Part shown: in pieces, positions 28,751 through 39,294 of the stretch | Layout: each line of letters begins with the position of its first letter | Numbering within the stretch: the stretch's first letter is position 1 | Assembly: GCA_014237925.1 (NCBI GenBank) | Contig: JABACB010000001.1 | Location: 101,459-165,458 of the forward strand | DNA from: Alphaproteobacteria bacterium | Lineage (GTDB): Bacteria; Pseudomonadota; Alphaproteobacteria; JABAAW01 | Reading direction: 5' to 3' | DNA length: 64,000 bases | Notes under the pieces: generated by a model | What the model was told of the DNA's origin: nothing | Databases searched by the model: none | What the model saw: the letters and a program-made list of their open reading frames with translations, nothing else | Made by a program: the position numbers and the translations under genes

Positions 28751-29977
28751 CTAATCAAGGGATCCGTTCGTCGTCAGCTCCGCAACAGCTCCCGCAACCG
28801 ACAAGGCGAGCGAACGGAGGGTTGCTCTGATCTCTTCTGCTTGCAAAGATTGTGCCTCTTGTAGCACAGAGAGCGCTTTTCTGTCGCGGCGAGTTGCAGG
28901 CGCAGGCGCAGGAGCAAGAGGAAGACTCATGAGAGGCGTAGCCTTGTCGCCGCTTTCTTGCAACTGTTGCGACAGGGGCAAGCGTCCGAGGAGCGGAATG
29001 TTGTTTTGCCGCGCCATGTCTTTCGCTCCGCCTTGTCCGAAGATAGGGCTTTCGTGCCCGCATTGCGGGCATCGGAAGCAGCTCATGTTTTCGACGATCC
29101 CCACGACGCCGATGCGCAGCTTGACGAACATAGCGAGACTTTTTTGAACATCGTAGAGCGCAACCCGTTGCGGGGTTGTCACCAGCAGGACACAATCGAG
29201 GTGCGCGCTTTGCGCGAGGCTGAGCGGCAGGTCTCCTGTGCCTGGTGGCATGTCGAGCAGCAACAGGTCGAGTTCTCCCCAGTCGGAGCCGTCGAGCATC
29301 TGCTTCAAGGCGCGGGCGACCAGGGGTCCGCGCCAAACGAGCGCCTGCTTCGGATCGAGCATCGCTCCCATCGAGAGGGTTTTGATTCCGAAGCGTTGTT
29401 CGGGGATCAGCAAGCCTTCCTTGTTGCGGCGCGGCGGGGCGTCGAGCGCGAGCATCGGCACCAGCGAGGGACCGTAGAGATCGGCATCCAGCAGTCCGAT
29501 GCGCCAATGCCGCTCGGCTTGCTCGCCCTCGATGTTGTGCCGCGTCTGCGCGAGCGCGATGGCGAGGTTGACCGCGAGCGTCGATTTGCCGACCCCCCCC
29601 TTGCCGCTGGCAACGCCGAGCACGACCTTCACCCCCGCCATGCCGCCCTGCCGACGAGGCTTGCGGGAAGAAGACGCGGCATCAGGGGGAGGAGAGGTGT
29701 CTTTGTTGCTCGTCAGCACGAGCGCGAGCGCGCGTCCCTCCAAATGCGGCTCCAAGGTCGCGCGCAAGCGCGTCTCCAGCGCAGCGGCAAAGCGCGAGAG
29801 CGACGGCGGCAGCGAAAGCACCAGCGAGAGACGATCCTCAGACAAACGCAAGGCACCGACAGCGTCTTCACCCAAGTCTCCGACAACCTTGCCCGCCTCC
29901 CACTCGTCGAAGGGACAGGCGCACAACAAACGGCGCAGCAAGCGTTCCAAGCTGGCGGAGGCAGGCCCTTTGGGCAT
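28751..29977 (-). CDS. mrp: Mrp/ApbC (NBP35-family) Fe-S cluster carrier ATPase
   Basis: Deviant Walker A VASGKGGVGKSTLAVNLA, LLDADLYGPS, the CxxC (FRCPQCGHE), and an N-terminal DUF59/MIP18-like domain. Confidence 0.9.
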   Translation of the reverse strand: MPKGPASASLERLLRRLLCACPFDEWEAGKVVGDLGEDAVGALRLSEDRLSLVLSLPPSLSRFAAALETRLRATLEPHLEGRALALVLTSNKDTSPPPDAASSSRKPRRQGGMAGVKVVLGVASGKGGVGKSTLAVNLAIALAQTRHNIEGEQAERHWRIGLLDADLYGPSLVPMLALDAPPRRNKEGLLIPEQRFGIKTLSMGAMLDPKQALVWRGPLVARALKQMLDGSDWGELDLLLLDMPPGTGDLPLSLAQSAHLDCVLLVTTPQRVALYDVQKSLAMFVKLRIGVVGIVENMSCFRCPQCGHESPIFGQGGAKDMARQNNIPLLGRLPLSQQLQESGDKATPLMSLPLAPAPAPATRRDRKALSVLQEAQSLQAEEIRATLRSLALSVAGAVAELTTNGSLD

Positions 29978-30108
29978 CGCAAGTAAGATTAAATCACAGT
30001 AAAATTAAAAAAGACGCTTTTTAAAAAAGACGCTTGACGAACAGAGACAATTGTAGCCTCATGCAAGAGGTTTGTAAAACGGATGCGCGAAACAATAGGA
30101 CAAAAAAC

Positions 30109-31245
30109 ATGACTTGGTCGCAAAACGGAGGCGAAAACCCCTGGGGGACAGCGCGTCGAACGCGCGCTAGCAATAGTGGCGGTAGCGGTAGCGGCAGCGG
30201 GGGAGGCGGCGCGCCTTCGTTCGACGATATCGTCGGGCGTTTGCAGAAAGCGCTGAGCGGCTTTTTCGATCCGCAAGGCGAGCATATCGTGCGCCGCGTC
30301 TTTCTCCTCTTGTGCGGCGTGCTGCTGCTGTGGTCTGCAAGCGGGCTCTATCGTGTCGATCAAGGCGAGGTGGGTGTTCCGCTCATCTTCGGCAAGTTCT
30401 ACGGTCCGCCGAAGCCGCCGGGGCTGAACTACAACTTTCCCGCTCCCATCGGACGCGTCTTCACCCCGCAGGTCGAGCGTGCGCGCAGGCTCGATATCGG
30501 CTTTCGCTCGGCGCGCGGCAGCAACGACAAGGGGGCGCCGACAGACGCACGCGATGTGGAGGAAGAAAGCCTGATCTTGACCGAAGACCAAAACATCGTC
30601 GATATCGACTTCACCGTCTTTTGGAAGATCAGCGATCCCATCGCCTACCTCTTCAACATTCGAGACCCTGAGTCGACGATCAAGATCGCCTCCGAGAGCG
30701 CGATGCGCGAGATCATCGGACAGACCTCCTTCGACGACGCCGTCACCGTCGGGCGCGCCGAGATCGAAACGAAGACGCTGTCCCTTCTGCAACGCATCCT
30801 CGATACCTACTCTTCGGGCATCTTGGTCGAGAAGATCGATCTACAGAAGTCGTCGCCGCCGCCGCAAGTGATCGACGCCTTCAACGACGTGCAACGCGCA
30901 CGCCAAGACCTCGACCGCTTGCGCAATCAGGCGGAAGCTTACGCAAACTCCGTCGTCCCTGAGGCACGCGGAGAGGCGGAGCAGATGCTGCGACAAGCCG
31001 AAGCCTACAGCGAACGTCTGACCATCGAGGCGGAGGGCGAAGCCGCCCGATTCTTGGCGGTCTGGCGCGCCTATCGATCCGCTCCCTCCATCACAAGACG
31101 CAGGATGTACCTCGAAACCTTGGGGGGGGTCTTCGAAAAATCCAACATCGTCATCGTCGACCGCAACGCCAGCGGAGTCATTCCCTTCCTGCCGCTGCCG
31201 GAAGTGCAAAAACGCTTGCGCAACAGCGCGCCGCCCTCGCCGTAA
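30109..31245 (+). CDS. hflK: FtsH protease modulator HflK
   Basis: MTWSQNGGENPWG start typical of HflK, one TM, and an SPFH domain (VDQGEVGVPLIFGKF ... TEDQNIVDIDFTVFWKI). The start was chosen at M26 of the track ORF. Confidence 0.9.
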   Translation: MTWSQNGGENPWGTARRTRASNSGGSGSGSGGGGAPSFDDIVGRLQKALSGFFDPQGEHIVRRVFLLLCGVLLLWSASGLYRVDQGEVGVPLIFGKFYGPPKPPGLNYNFPAPIGRVFTPQVERARRLDIGFRSARGSNDKGAPTDARDVEEESLILTEDQNIVDIDFTVFWKISDPIAYLFNIRDPESTIKIASESAMREIIGQTSFDDAVTVGRAEIETKTLSLLQRILDTYSSGILVEKIDLQKSSPPPQVIDAFNDVQRARQDLDRLRNQAEAYANSVVPEARGEAEQMLRQAEAYSERLTIEAEGEAARFLAVWRAYRSAPSITRRRMYLETLGGVFEKSNIVIVDRNASGVIPFLPLPEVQKRLRNSAPPSP

Positions 31246-31326
31246 CGATGACAGCTTTTTCATACCCCTTCGTACCCCACCCCCTTCTCGTCCCCCTCTT
31301 CGCCGCACCCCTCCAGGAGACTTCTC

Positions 31327-32271
31327 ATGACCACTAGCGACAGAACAGCGTCCAGATCCGCCACCGCGGAGAAAGGAGGTGGCAAGGGCAAGGGGCGCAA
31401 AGGCAGAGCGCTTTTCGTCTTCTTGTTGCTATTCGCAGGGCTTGTGTTGCTCTCGGCGATCGGCGCTTTGCTCACGCTGTTTACCGTCCAGCAGACGGAG
31501 CAAGTGCTCATCGTGCGCTTCGGGGAAGTGCAACGCGAGGTTTTCACTCCCGGTCTGCGCGCGAAAATGCCTCTGATCGACAATGTCGTCACTTACGACA
31601 AGCGCACGCTCGATCTCGATCCCCCTCCCTTCGAAGTGTTGCTGACCGACAAGAAACGCATCGCCGTCGACGCTTTCGCGCGCTATCGAATCGTGCATCC
31701 TAAGGTCTACTACCAGCGTATTCGCAACGAGACTCGCCTGCGCGATCGCTTCGGCAAGAACATCAACGCCGCCTTGCAGCGTGTCATCGCGACGGTGTCG
31801 CTGGATACCTTGCTCTCCAGCCAGCGCGAGGCGATCATGGTTGAAATCCGCGAGGAGGTGCGCAAGAGCGCCGAGAGCTTCGGTGTCGAGGTGATCGATG
31901 TGCGCATCGGGCGCACCGACCTGCCTGATGACACGAGCCAAGCCGTCTTCGAGCGCATGCGCACCGAACGCGAGCGCGAGGCACGCGAGCTGCGTGCGCA
32001 GGGCAACGAATCCGCACGAAAAATTCGCGCGCAAGCCGACAAGGAGAAAGAGATCATCTTGGCGGATGCCACCCGTCAAAGCGACATCCTGCGCGGCAAG
32101 GGCGAAGCGGCGCGCAACCGCTTGCTGGGACGCGCCTTTTCGCGTGATCCCTCCTTCTTCGAGTTCAACAAGTCGCTCGAGGTCTACAAAAAGAGCATCG
32201 AAGGCGGCGAGACGACCATCATCCTCTCGCCCGACAACGAGTTCTTCCGCTACTTCAATCGCAGCCGCTGA
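31327..32271 (+). CDS. hflC: FtsH protease modulator HflC
   Basis: TM plus SPFH domain (FTVQQTEQVLIVRFGEV, LTDKKRIAVDAFARYRI, IDVRIGRTDLP). Lies directly after hflK. Confidence 0.9.
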   Translation: MTTSDRTASRSATAEKGGGKGKGRKGRALFVFLLLFAGLVLLSAIGALLTLFTVQQTEQVLIVRFGEVQREVFTPGLRAKMPLIDNVVTYDKRTLDLDPPPFEVLLTDKKRIAVDAFARYRIVHPKVYYQRIRNETRLRDRFGKNINAALQRVIATVSLDTLLSSQREAIMVEIREEVRKSAESFGVEVIDVRIGRTDLPDDTSQAVFERMRTEREREARELRAQGNESARKIRAQADKEKEIILADATRQSDILRGKGEAARNRLLGRAFSRDPSFFEFNKSLEVYKKSIEGGETTIILSPDNEFFRYFNRSR

Positions 32272-32306
32272 GCGAAAACCCTCATCCACGCTGCCTCGCG
32301 CGCTTC

Positions 32307-32747
32307 ATGCTTGCAAGATCGTTTCCTCGCATCGAGAGATGGGTGCGGGGCGAGTTGCGATTCTTCCTGCCCTTCCTCTGCGTCGGAACGGGAGGGTTTG
32401 TCATCGACGCAAGCTCTCTCACGCTGCTGGTGATGCTTTTCGCACCACAGACGGTTTTGCATACTCTGTTGTTGCGTTGCGTCGGCTTTTCCTGCGGCGT
32501 GCTGTTTACATGGTTTTTCAACAAGAACTGGACATTTCGAGAGCGACCTGACGGGGGCTCCTTGCTCTTCTACTATCCGTTGATGGTTGCAGGCGCGCTC
32601 GTCAACTTGGGCGTCTTTACAGCGTGCCTTGTGTGGCTGCCGTTGGCGGCGCGCTATCCTGTCGTCGGCGTGGTCGTCGGCACGGGCGCGGCGCTGTTCG
32701 TCAATTTCGCCTCCATGCGCTGGATCATCTTTACGAAGCGATCGTGA
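32307..32747 (+). CDS. GtrA-family membrane protein
   Basis: Four TM segments, FLCVGTGGFVIDA, and FNKNWTFRE (the GtrA signature NxxWxF). Confidence 0.7.
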   Translation: MLARSFPRIERWVRGELRFFLPFLCVGTGGFVIDASSLTLLVMLFAPQTVLHTLLLRCVGFSCGVLFTWFFNKNWTFRERPDGGSLLFYYPLMVAGALVNLGVFTACLVWLPLAARYPVVGVVVGTGAALFVNFASMRWIIFTKRS

Positions 32748-32763
32748 GCGAGACCGCGCGTTG

Positions 32764-33567
32764 TCATTTCCTGAGCTTGTAGCCAATGGCGAAAAGCCGC
32801 CACAATCCAAAGTAGCATAGCGCGGTCGTGGTAAAAAGAATGAAGGAGCTGACGAGAATGTTGCTTTCTGCGACCCCTGTGAAGCCGTAGCGCAATCCGT
32901 CGACGAGGTAGAAGAGGGGATCCAATTTGGCGAACATCTGAAAAATCTCGGGCAGACTGTCGATGCGGTAGAAGGTGCCGGACAGGAAAGAAAGAGGGAC
33001 GACCACAAAACTGGTGAGCGCGGCGACATGCTCGAACTTCTCCGCCCACAAGCCCACGAAAGCGCCGAAGACGGACAGCAGAACAGCAGCGCACAGCGCG
33101 TTGTACAGGATGACGAAAGGGTGAAGAAAGGAGAACTCGACGAAAGGCAACAAGGCCAGCACGACGAGGAACCCTACGAGCAATCCTCGCGTCACTCCGC
33201 CCAAGACGATCCCCAGCGTCAGCTCGCTCGCGCTCAGCGGAGCGAGCAGCAAATCGGCGATGTTGCCTTGCAACTTGCTCACCAGCAGCGAGGAGGAGGT
33301 GTTGGCGAACGCCCCTTGAATGATGCTCATCATCACAAGCCCCGGCAGGATGAAGGTTGCAAACGGCAGCCCTGAAACTCGAATCTCCGTGCGTTCGAAG
33401 GCGAGCGAGAAGATGGCGAGAAAGATGAGCGCCGTGATCGCAGGCGTCGCCACAGTCTGCACCCACACGACAAGAAAACGACGCACCTCGCGCTGGTAGA
33501 GCGACCACAAGCCGCGCAAATTCAGACGGCGGTAGTACAAAAGGCGCGGGCTCAGATCGTTCGTCAC
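32764..33567 (-). CDS. ABC-2 type transporter permease (YadH-like); no ATPase partner adjacent
   Basis: Six TM segments with the ABC-2 pattern (LYQREVRRFLVVWVQT, MMSIIQGAFANTSSSLLVSKLQGNI, PLSFLSGTFY). Confidence 0.75.
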   Translation of the reverse strand: MTNDLSPRLLYYRRLNLRGLWSLYQREVRRFLVVWVQTVATPAITALIFLAIFSLAFERTEIRVSGLPFATFILPGLVMMSIIQGAFANTSSSLLVSKLQGNIADLLLAPLSASELTLGIVLGGVTRGLLVGFLVVLALLPFVEFSFLHPFVILYNALCAAVLLSVFGAFVGLWAEKFEHVAALTSFVVVPLSFLSGTFYRIDSLPEIFQMFAKLDPLFYLVDGLRYGFTGVAESNILVSSFILFTTTALCYFGLWRLFAIGYKLRK

Positions 33568-34091
33568 GACGTTGCGCGCAAAGTTTTTCCTTCGGAATCT
33601 GCTTTCTTTCGTAGCGCAACCGCAACGCAGGGCGGAACAAAGCTGGCGATGTCGCCGCCCATCAGCGCGATCTCGCGCACGAAGCGCGACGACAGGAAAT
33701 GATACTTCTCCGATGCCGTCAAGAAGACGGTCTCGATATCGGGGGCAAGCGCGCGATTCATGCCGGCGAGCTGGAACTCGAACTCGAAATCCGAGACCGC
33801 TCGCATGCCGCGCACGATCACGCGCGCCTCGTGCTGGCGCATGCTTTCGATCAACAGCGATTCGAAGCCCACGACGCGCAGGCGCGAGCCCGCTTTCGGA
33901 AAAGATTGCGAAACGGCATGCTCCACCTGCGCAACACGCTCCGTTTGCGAAAACAGCGTGTTCTTGTTTTGACTGGTCGCAACCCCGACGATCAGCCGTT
34001 CAAACAGGCGCAGCGCGCGTTCGGCGATATCCAAATGCCCGCAGGTGATCGGGTCGAACGACCCAGGATAAAAGGCGACGCGAGAGATCAT
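33564..34091 (-). CDS. coaD: Pantetheine-phosphate adenylyltransferase
   Basis: [30 protein letters not shown], and SSRFVREI. Confidence 0.93.
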   Translation of the reverse strand: MISRVAFYPGSFDPITCGHLDIAERALRLFERLIVGVATSQNKNTLFSQTERVAQVEHAVSQSFPKAGSRLRVVGFESLLIESMRQHEARVIVRGMRAVSDFEFEFQLAGMNRALAPDIETVFLTASEKYHFLSSRFVREIALMGGDIASFVPPCVAVALRKKADSEGKTLRATS

Positions 34092-36763
34092 GTCTCGCTT
34101 GCCTCGCTTGCTCCGCTTGTCTCGCTTGCTTCGTCCCCCCCGTTGCCTCCGTTGTCTCCGTTGTCGTGCGCCTCGCTGCTATCGGGCAGAATTTTTCCTA
34201 CTGCGACCAGCCGTTCGTCTTTTTTCAGATCGAACAGGCGTACGCCGCGTGTCGCGCGTCCGAACAGGCTCACGTTCTCGGCGTTGATGCGCGAGAACTG
34301 ACCTTGGTTGGAATAGAGGTTGAGCTGGTCGTCCGCTTGGACAGGAAGGCTGGCGACCACCTCGTCGTCCTTGCTCAGCAGGGTGTTCTTCACCCCCTTG
34401 CCGCCACGTGCTGTGCAACGATATTCCTCGACAAGCGTGCGTTTTCCGTAGCCCGAGGCGAGCGCGGTGAAGATCGCCGTCTTCTCGCCGCTATTGGTGG
34501 AAATGGAGGCGATCGAGACCAGAGTGTCGTCCTTGGCGAGATTAATGCCGCGCACCCCGCTGCTTTCGCGCGACGAGAAGACGCGCAGCGCCGAAAGAGG
34601 AAAACGAACCGCTTGCGCATCACGACTGGCGAGGAAGAGATCGTCTCCTTCGTCGCACACGACCGCTCCTACGAGCGCGTCGCCGTCAGGGATTTTCATG
34701 GCGATGATGCCGTTGCGCATGATACGGGTGAAATTTTCCAGCGCGTTGCGCCGCACATTGCCCGAAGCGGTGGCGAAGACGAGACTTTTGTTTTTCAGCT
34801 CTTGCGTGCGATGCGGCAACGGGGTGATGTTGGTGACGCGCTCGCCCTCGGTCAGCTCCAGCAGGTTGGCGACATTCCTGCCGCCCCCTTGCGGCTTGCC
34901 CTCAGGCAGGTCGGACGCCGAAAGCGCATAGACCCTGCCGCGGCTGGTGAAGAAGAGCAGTTGCGTCTTGGTGCTGACGAAGCATGTTTGCATCAGGTCG
35001 TCTGCCTCGCCGATCTTCATGCCGGCGCGCCCCTTGCCGCCGCGATTCTGACTGCGATAGGTTTTGCTCGCCACGCGCTTCACATAACCCTGCCGCGTGA
35101 TCGTCACCACGACTTCCTCGTGCTGAACAAAGCTTTCTGCGTCCTCCTCCAAGGCGACCTCCTGCTCGACGATGTCGGTGCGTCGCTCGGTTGCAAACAG
35201 CCGTTCCACCTCGCGCAGATCCTCCTCGATGCGTTGCGCACGGCGCTCCTTCGAGGCGAGCAGCAGCCGACATTCGACGATCCGCGCCAAGTTCTCGCGC
35301 GCTTCTGCCAACAGTTTTTCTTTCTCCAAACCGACGAGGCGTTGCAAGCGCAGCTCCAAGATCGCCTGGCATTGCGCACGGCTGAGACGGCACTTGCCGC
35401 CTGCGCGCAAATCGAGCGATGCCATCCTTGCCACCGCTTCGCTTGTGAGTGCCGTGTCGGTCGTCGTGCCGACATCGAGACCGTTGGTCTCGCTTCGTTC
35501 CAGCAAGGCGGTCAAGGCGCGCGCACTCCAAGTCTCCGCCATGAGCGCTTGCCTCGCCTGCTCGGCATCGACGGCGGCGCGAACGATGGCGACGACGCGC
35601 TCGATCTCGTCGGTTGCAACCAACAAACCACACAAGCTGTGCAGCCGTCGCTGCGCTTTCCTCAGCAGGAACGCGGTGCGGCGACGCAGCACCTCGTCGC
35701 GGAAATCGAGAAAGACCGTCAGCAGTTTTTTCAGGTTCATCAAACGCGGCTGCCCGCGATCCAACGCCAGCAGCTGGACGCTGTAGCTCGTCTGCAAGGC
35801 GGTGTGCTTGAACAGAAGCGCGCGCACCTGTTCGGCATGCGCGCTCGCCTTCACCTCGACGGCGATGCGTAAGCCCTCGCGGTCGGATTCGTCGCGCAGG
35901 TCCGAGATGCCGACGACCTTCTTCTCGCGCACCAACTCGGCGATGCGCTCGATGATGCGCGCCTTGTTCGTCTGATAGGGGATCTCGGTAAACAACAGCA
36001 GATTCCTTCCTCCCTTCAGGGGCTCGATGGCGCTGCGCGCGCGCACGACGATCGCACCGCGTCCTTTCCGATAGCACTCCTTGACGGCATCGCGTCCGAG
36101 AATGAGCGCACCCGTCGGAAAATCGGGTCCTGGCAGCCTTTCGATGAGTTCTTCGAGCGTGAGATCGGGCTTTTTGAGCAGCGCACGACACAGCGCGCAC
36201 ACCTCCGCGAGATTGTGCGGCGGAATGTTCGTCGCCATGCCGACGGCGATGCCGCCGCCGCCATTGACGAGCAAGTTCGGAAGGCGCGCGGGTAGAACGC
36301 GCGGCTCGACCAGCGTACCGTCGTAGTTGGGAAGGAAGTCTACGGTGTTCTTGTCGATGTCTTGCAACAGCGCCTCGCCCGCTCGCTCCAGTCGCGCCTC
36401 GGTGTAGCGCATTGCGGCGGCGCGGTCGCCGTCGATCGAGCCGAAGTTGCCTTGCGAGTCGATCAACGCCAGGCGCATCGAGAAATGTTGCGCCATGCGC
36501 ACCATCGCGTCGTAGACGGGCACATCGCCGTGCGGGTGATACTTTCCCATCACCTCGCCTACGATACGCGCAGACTTGCGATAGGCGTTCGATGCCGTGT
36601 AGCCCCCTTCTTGCATGGCGTACAAGATGCGGCGATGCACGGGCTTCAAGCCGTCGCGCGCATCGGGAAGCGCACGCGCGACGATCACGCTCATCGCGTA
36701 ATCGAGGTAGGAGCGTTCCATCTCCTCTTCGATGGTAATGTTCTCGGTGTTGCCTCTGACCAT
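34088..36763 (-). CDS. gyrA: DNA gyrase subunit A
   Basis: [38 protein letters not shown], the QRDR ([17 protein letters not shown]), the active-site [10 protein letters not shown], and beta-pinwheel repeats. Has a DNG/ASE-rich repeat tail. Confidence 0.98.
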   Translation of the reverse strand: MVRGNTENITIEEEMERSYLDYAMSVIVARALPDARDGLKPVHRRILYAMQEGGYTASNAYRKSARIVGEVMGKYHPHGDVPVYDAMVRMAQHFSMRLALIDSQGNFGSIDGDRAAAMRYTEARLERAGEALLQDIDKNTVDFLPNYDGTLVEPRVLPARLPNLLVNGGGGIAVGMATNIPPHNLAEVCALCRALLKKPDLTLEELIERLPGPDFPTGALILGRDAVKECYRKGRGAIVVRARSAIEPLKGGRNLLLFTEIPYQTNKARIIERIAELVREKKVVGISDLRDESDREGLRIAVEVKASAHAEQVRALLFKHTALQTSYSVQLLALDRGQPRLMNLKKLLTVFLDFRDEVLRRRTAFLLRKAQRRLHSLCGLLVATDEIERVVAIVRAAVDAEQARQALMAETWSARALTALLERSETNGLDVGTTTDTALTSEAVARMASLDLRAGGKCRLSRAQCQAILELRLQRLVGLEKEKLLAEARENLARIVECRLLLASKERRAQRIEEDLREVERLFATERRTDIVEQEVALEEDAESFVQHEEVVVTITRQGYVKRVASKTYRSQNRGGKGRAGMKIGEADDLMQTCFVSTKTQLLFFTSRGRVYALSASDLPEGKPQGGGRNVANLLELTEGERVTNITPLPHRTQELKNKSLVFATASGNVRRNALENFTRIMRNGIIAMKIPDGDALVGAVVCDEGDDLFLASRDAQAVRFPLSALRVFSSRESSGVRGINLAKDDTLVSIASISTNSGEKTAIFTALASGYGKRTLVEEYRCTARGGKGVKNTLLSKDDEVVASLPVQADDQLNLYSNQGQFSRINAENVSLFGRATRGVRLFDLKKDERLVAVGKILPDSSEAHDNGDNGGNGGDEASETSGASEASET

Positions 36764-36793
36764 GCTCTTCGTTCGTTTTTTGTCTGCCTTGCG

Positions 36794-37831
36794 TTACAAC
36801 CCTTCGTTGATCCATTCGGCTGCACGCGGCGCGTAGTAGGTGATGACAGCGCTCGCGCCCGCGCGTTTGCAGCAGAGAAGCTGTTCGAGCAGGCAAGCGC
36901 GCTCGTCGAGGATGCCCGCCGCCGCCGCCGCCGCAAGAGCCGCATACTCGCCCGACACATGGTAGCACAAGAGCGGGGCTGCGAAGGCTTCCTTCGCGCG
37001 GCGGACGATGTCGAGATAGGGCAGCGCGGGCTTGACGATCACCATGTCGGCGCCTTCTTGCAAGTCGAGCGCGATCTCCCACAAGGCTTCGTCGCCGTTG
37101 GCGCAACCGAGCTGGTAGCCGCGCTTGTCGCGTGGTGCACCTTCGGCGCGCGTGGCGGAGGCGCGTCCTTCGGGGGCGATCTTCAGCGCTTCTCGAAAGG
37201 GAGCGTAGAAATGGGAAGCGAACTTCGCCGCGTAGCTGACAAGAGGAAGCGTTTCAAACCCTTGCGCGTCCAGCAACTCGCGCAAGCTTGCGATGCGACC
37301 GTCCATCATGTCGGAGGGGGCAAGAAGATCGGCACCGCCGTCTGCAAGCGCGAGCGCCTGCTTGCCGAGCGCGACCAGCGAAGCCTCGTTGTCGACGCGC
37401 CCTCCGTTGACGATGCCGTCGTGACCGTGCGTCGTGTAGGGGTCGAGCGCGACATCGGCGAGGACGGCGACCCCGCATCCCTGCAGTGCCTCCAAGGCGC
37501 AGCTCATGAGATTGCCCTTGCGCCACGCCTCGCGTGCGTCCGCGCTCTTGCTCTCCTGCGCAACTACGGGAAACAGCGCGAGCGCAGGAATGCCGAGCTG
37601 CAAGGCTTGTTCGGCGCACGCCGGCAGAAGGTCGGTCGTCAGACGCTCGATGCCGCGCATGGCGACGACGGGCTCGCGGCGGTTGTGTCCCTCGCAGACG
37701 AAAATAGGCCAGACCAAGTCGGCGGCGGAAAGACGATGCTCTGCGCACAGCCGCAACAAGGCATCACTGCTTCGCAGACGGCGCAAGCGCGTCTTCGGAT
37801 AGGCTCGCGTTGCCGAGGCGATGAAAGTCAC
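36794..37831 (-). CDS. hemB: Porphobilinogen synthase (ALA dehydratase)
   Basis: RLRRLR, LVWPIFVCEG, DVALDPYTTHGHDG, MVKPALPYLDI, AYHVSGEYA, and ITYYA. Confidence 0.95.
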   Translation of the reverse strand: MTFIASATRAYPKTRLRRLRSSDALLRLCAEHRLSAADLVWPIFVCEGHNRREPVVAMRGIERLTTDLLPACAEQALQLGIPALALFPVVAQESKSADAREAWRKGNLMSCALEALQGCGVAVLADVALDPYTTHGHDGIVNGGRVDNEASLVALGKQALALADGGADLLAPSDMMDGRIASLRELLDAQGFETLPLVSYAAKFASHFYAPFREALKIAPEGRASATRAEGAPRDKRGYQLGCANGDEALWEIALDLQEGADMVIVKPALPYLDIVRRAKEAFAAPLLCYHVSGEYAALAAAAAAGILDERACLLEQLLCCKRAGASAVITYYAPRAAEWINEGL

Positions 37832-37838
37832 GGCATCT

Positions 37839-38366
37839 TCACTGCGCAGACCCTATGCCCACCTGTTTGATGTTGCCGAAGATGTCCTGAAGAAGGTTGC
37901 GCTTGGCGGAACGCAGTCCGCGCGTCTTGTCGGCGTCGGTGCGCACGAAGCGCACCTTGTCGATATTGCGCAACTCGAGCGCTTCCAGCACGCCGCCGTC
38001 GCGCGCGAAAAGCAGAATCAACACTTGGCGATCGCTCAACGCAGGCGAAATCTGTCCCACCTGCTTCGTGCGCGCTCCGTAGTAGTAGTAGATGTGCGGA
38101 CGATAGGGATTGACGAGATTGGGCGGACCCAAAAGGGCGACCACCTCCTTTTGTTTTTGCTCGCCAACCTTCAGCTGCGCGATTTGACTTTGTGAAAACC
38201 ACACGCCTTGCACGCCTTTTTGCGCGCAAGCGAGCGTCCCCAGCAACAAGACGAGCGCGCTTGCCAAAGAGATGACAAGGGGGACGACAGGCGGGACGAC
38301 AAGAGGGGTGGATGAGCGCGACGAGCGCAAGGTGCTGCGAAAAAAATGCTGAAGCGAAAAGTTCAT
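37839..38366 (-). CDS. bamE: Outer-membrane assembly lipoprotein BamE (SmpA/OmlA family)
   Basis: Lipobox LLGTLAC, and IAQLKVGEQKQKEVVALLGPP...YYYY. Sits in the typical alphaproteobacterial position, divergent from the cytochrome-c-chaperone gene. Confidence 0.65.
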   Translation of the reverse strand: MNFSLQHFFRSTLRSSRSSTPLVVPPVVPLVISLASALVLLLGTLACAQKGVQGVWFSQSQIAQLKVGEQKQKEVVALLGPPNLVNPYRPHIYYYYGARTKQVGQISPALSDRQVLILLFARDGGVLEALELRNIDKVRFVRTDADKTRGLRSAKRNLLQDIFGNIKQVGIGSAQ

Positions 38367-38397
38367 AGTTCCTCTATCATAAGCCGATTGTCCTAAC

Positions 38398-38958
38398 TTG
38401 TGCGCAAAATATGAGGCGAGTATGAGACGACGCGTGTTGTCCTTGTGGCGCTACCCCTTGTGGCGTTATCTTCGGTTTCGTTTTTTGCGTGCGCGTGTTG
38501 AGCGTCTGTACGGAGCGAGACTTTACGCCTGTGCGCTCGGCGATTCGCGTGCGCGCGTCTTGTTCGAGGACGGCATCGTCGCCGACACCTCGGACGGACG
38601 CTTGGATTGTTTGACGCTACACTTGCACCTCTACACCCAACGTTTCAAAGCGCGTAGCGCGGCGGTCGTACGCGCGATGATGGAAGCCTTTGTGCGCGAT
38701 TTGGATCGTTCGTTGCGCGAGATGGGAACGAGCGACTTGGGCGTAGGGAAGAAGGTGAAAAAAATTCTCTCCCGAGTCTATGGCGCTTTCGACGCCTATC
38801 GCCTCGCGCACGCGAGCGAGCAGTGGCACGCAGCCCTTGCGCGCAACATGCTCGGCGCAGATTGTCGCAGGCTGTTGGCGCACGCTCGAAAGGTCGAGAG
38901 ACGCTTGGCGCGCTCGTCCCTGCGCGATTGTCTCAGACAGACGCAGGGCAAGCCGTGA
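38398..38958 (+). CDS. Ubiquinol-cytochrome c chaperone (Cbp3-like) family protein
   Basis: HLHLYTQRF ... FVRDLDRSLREMGTSDLGVGKKVKKI ... YGAFDAYR matches the family core. Confidence 0.65.
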   Translation: MCAKYEASMRRRVLSLWRYPLWRYLRFRFLRARVERLYGARLYACALGDSRARVLFEDGIVADTSDGRLDCLTLHLHLYTQRFKARSAAVVRAMMEAFVRDLDRSLREMGTSDLGVGKKVKKILSRVYGAFDAYRLAHASEQWHAALARNMLGADCRRLLAHARKVERRLARSSLRDCLRQTQGKP

Positions 38959-39039
38959 GGACGGCATGAGGGAAGGAAGCGCAGAGGAAGCGGAGAAGAG
39001 GCGGAGAAGAGGAGGCGGAGAAGAGGGGGCGGAGAGGGC

Positions 39040-39067
39040 TTGCTTTTTCGTCCGCTAGAGGTAGACT
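39040..39067 (+). promoter_or_regulatory. Candidate promoter for rpmF-plsX-fabH (TTGCTT-N16-TAGACT)
   Basis: Read directly in the sequence about 40 nt upstream of the rpmF ATG. It follows a ggcggagaagag repeat. Confidence 0.3.
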
Positions 39068-39105
39068 GGGAGTTTGTCTCAATCTGAGCTCGGAGCATCT
39101 TTTTT

Positions 39106-39288
39106 ATGGCAGTTCCTAAACGCAAGGTCTCGCGCATGCGTCGCGGCAAACGTCGTGCGCACGATGCCATCGATGTCGTGCGTTCGCGCGAGTGTCCGAA
39201 TTGCGGCGAACCTTGTCTTCCGCATCGTTTGTGCGTTGCGTGCGGCGTGTATCGTTCGCGCGAGGTTGTCCCCCTCCACGATTCCTGA
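39106..39288 (+). CDS. rpmF: 50S ribosomal protein L32
   Basis: [19 protein letters not shown] and CPNCGE..PHRLCxxCG. Confidence 0.96.
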   Translation: MAVPKRKVSRMRRGKRRAHDAIDVVRSRECPNCGEPCLPHRLCVACGVYRSREVVPLHDS

Positions 39289-39294
39289 GTTGCG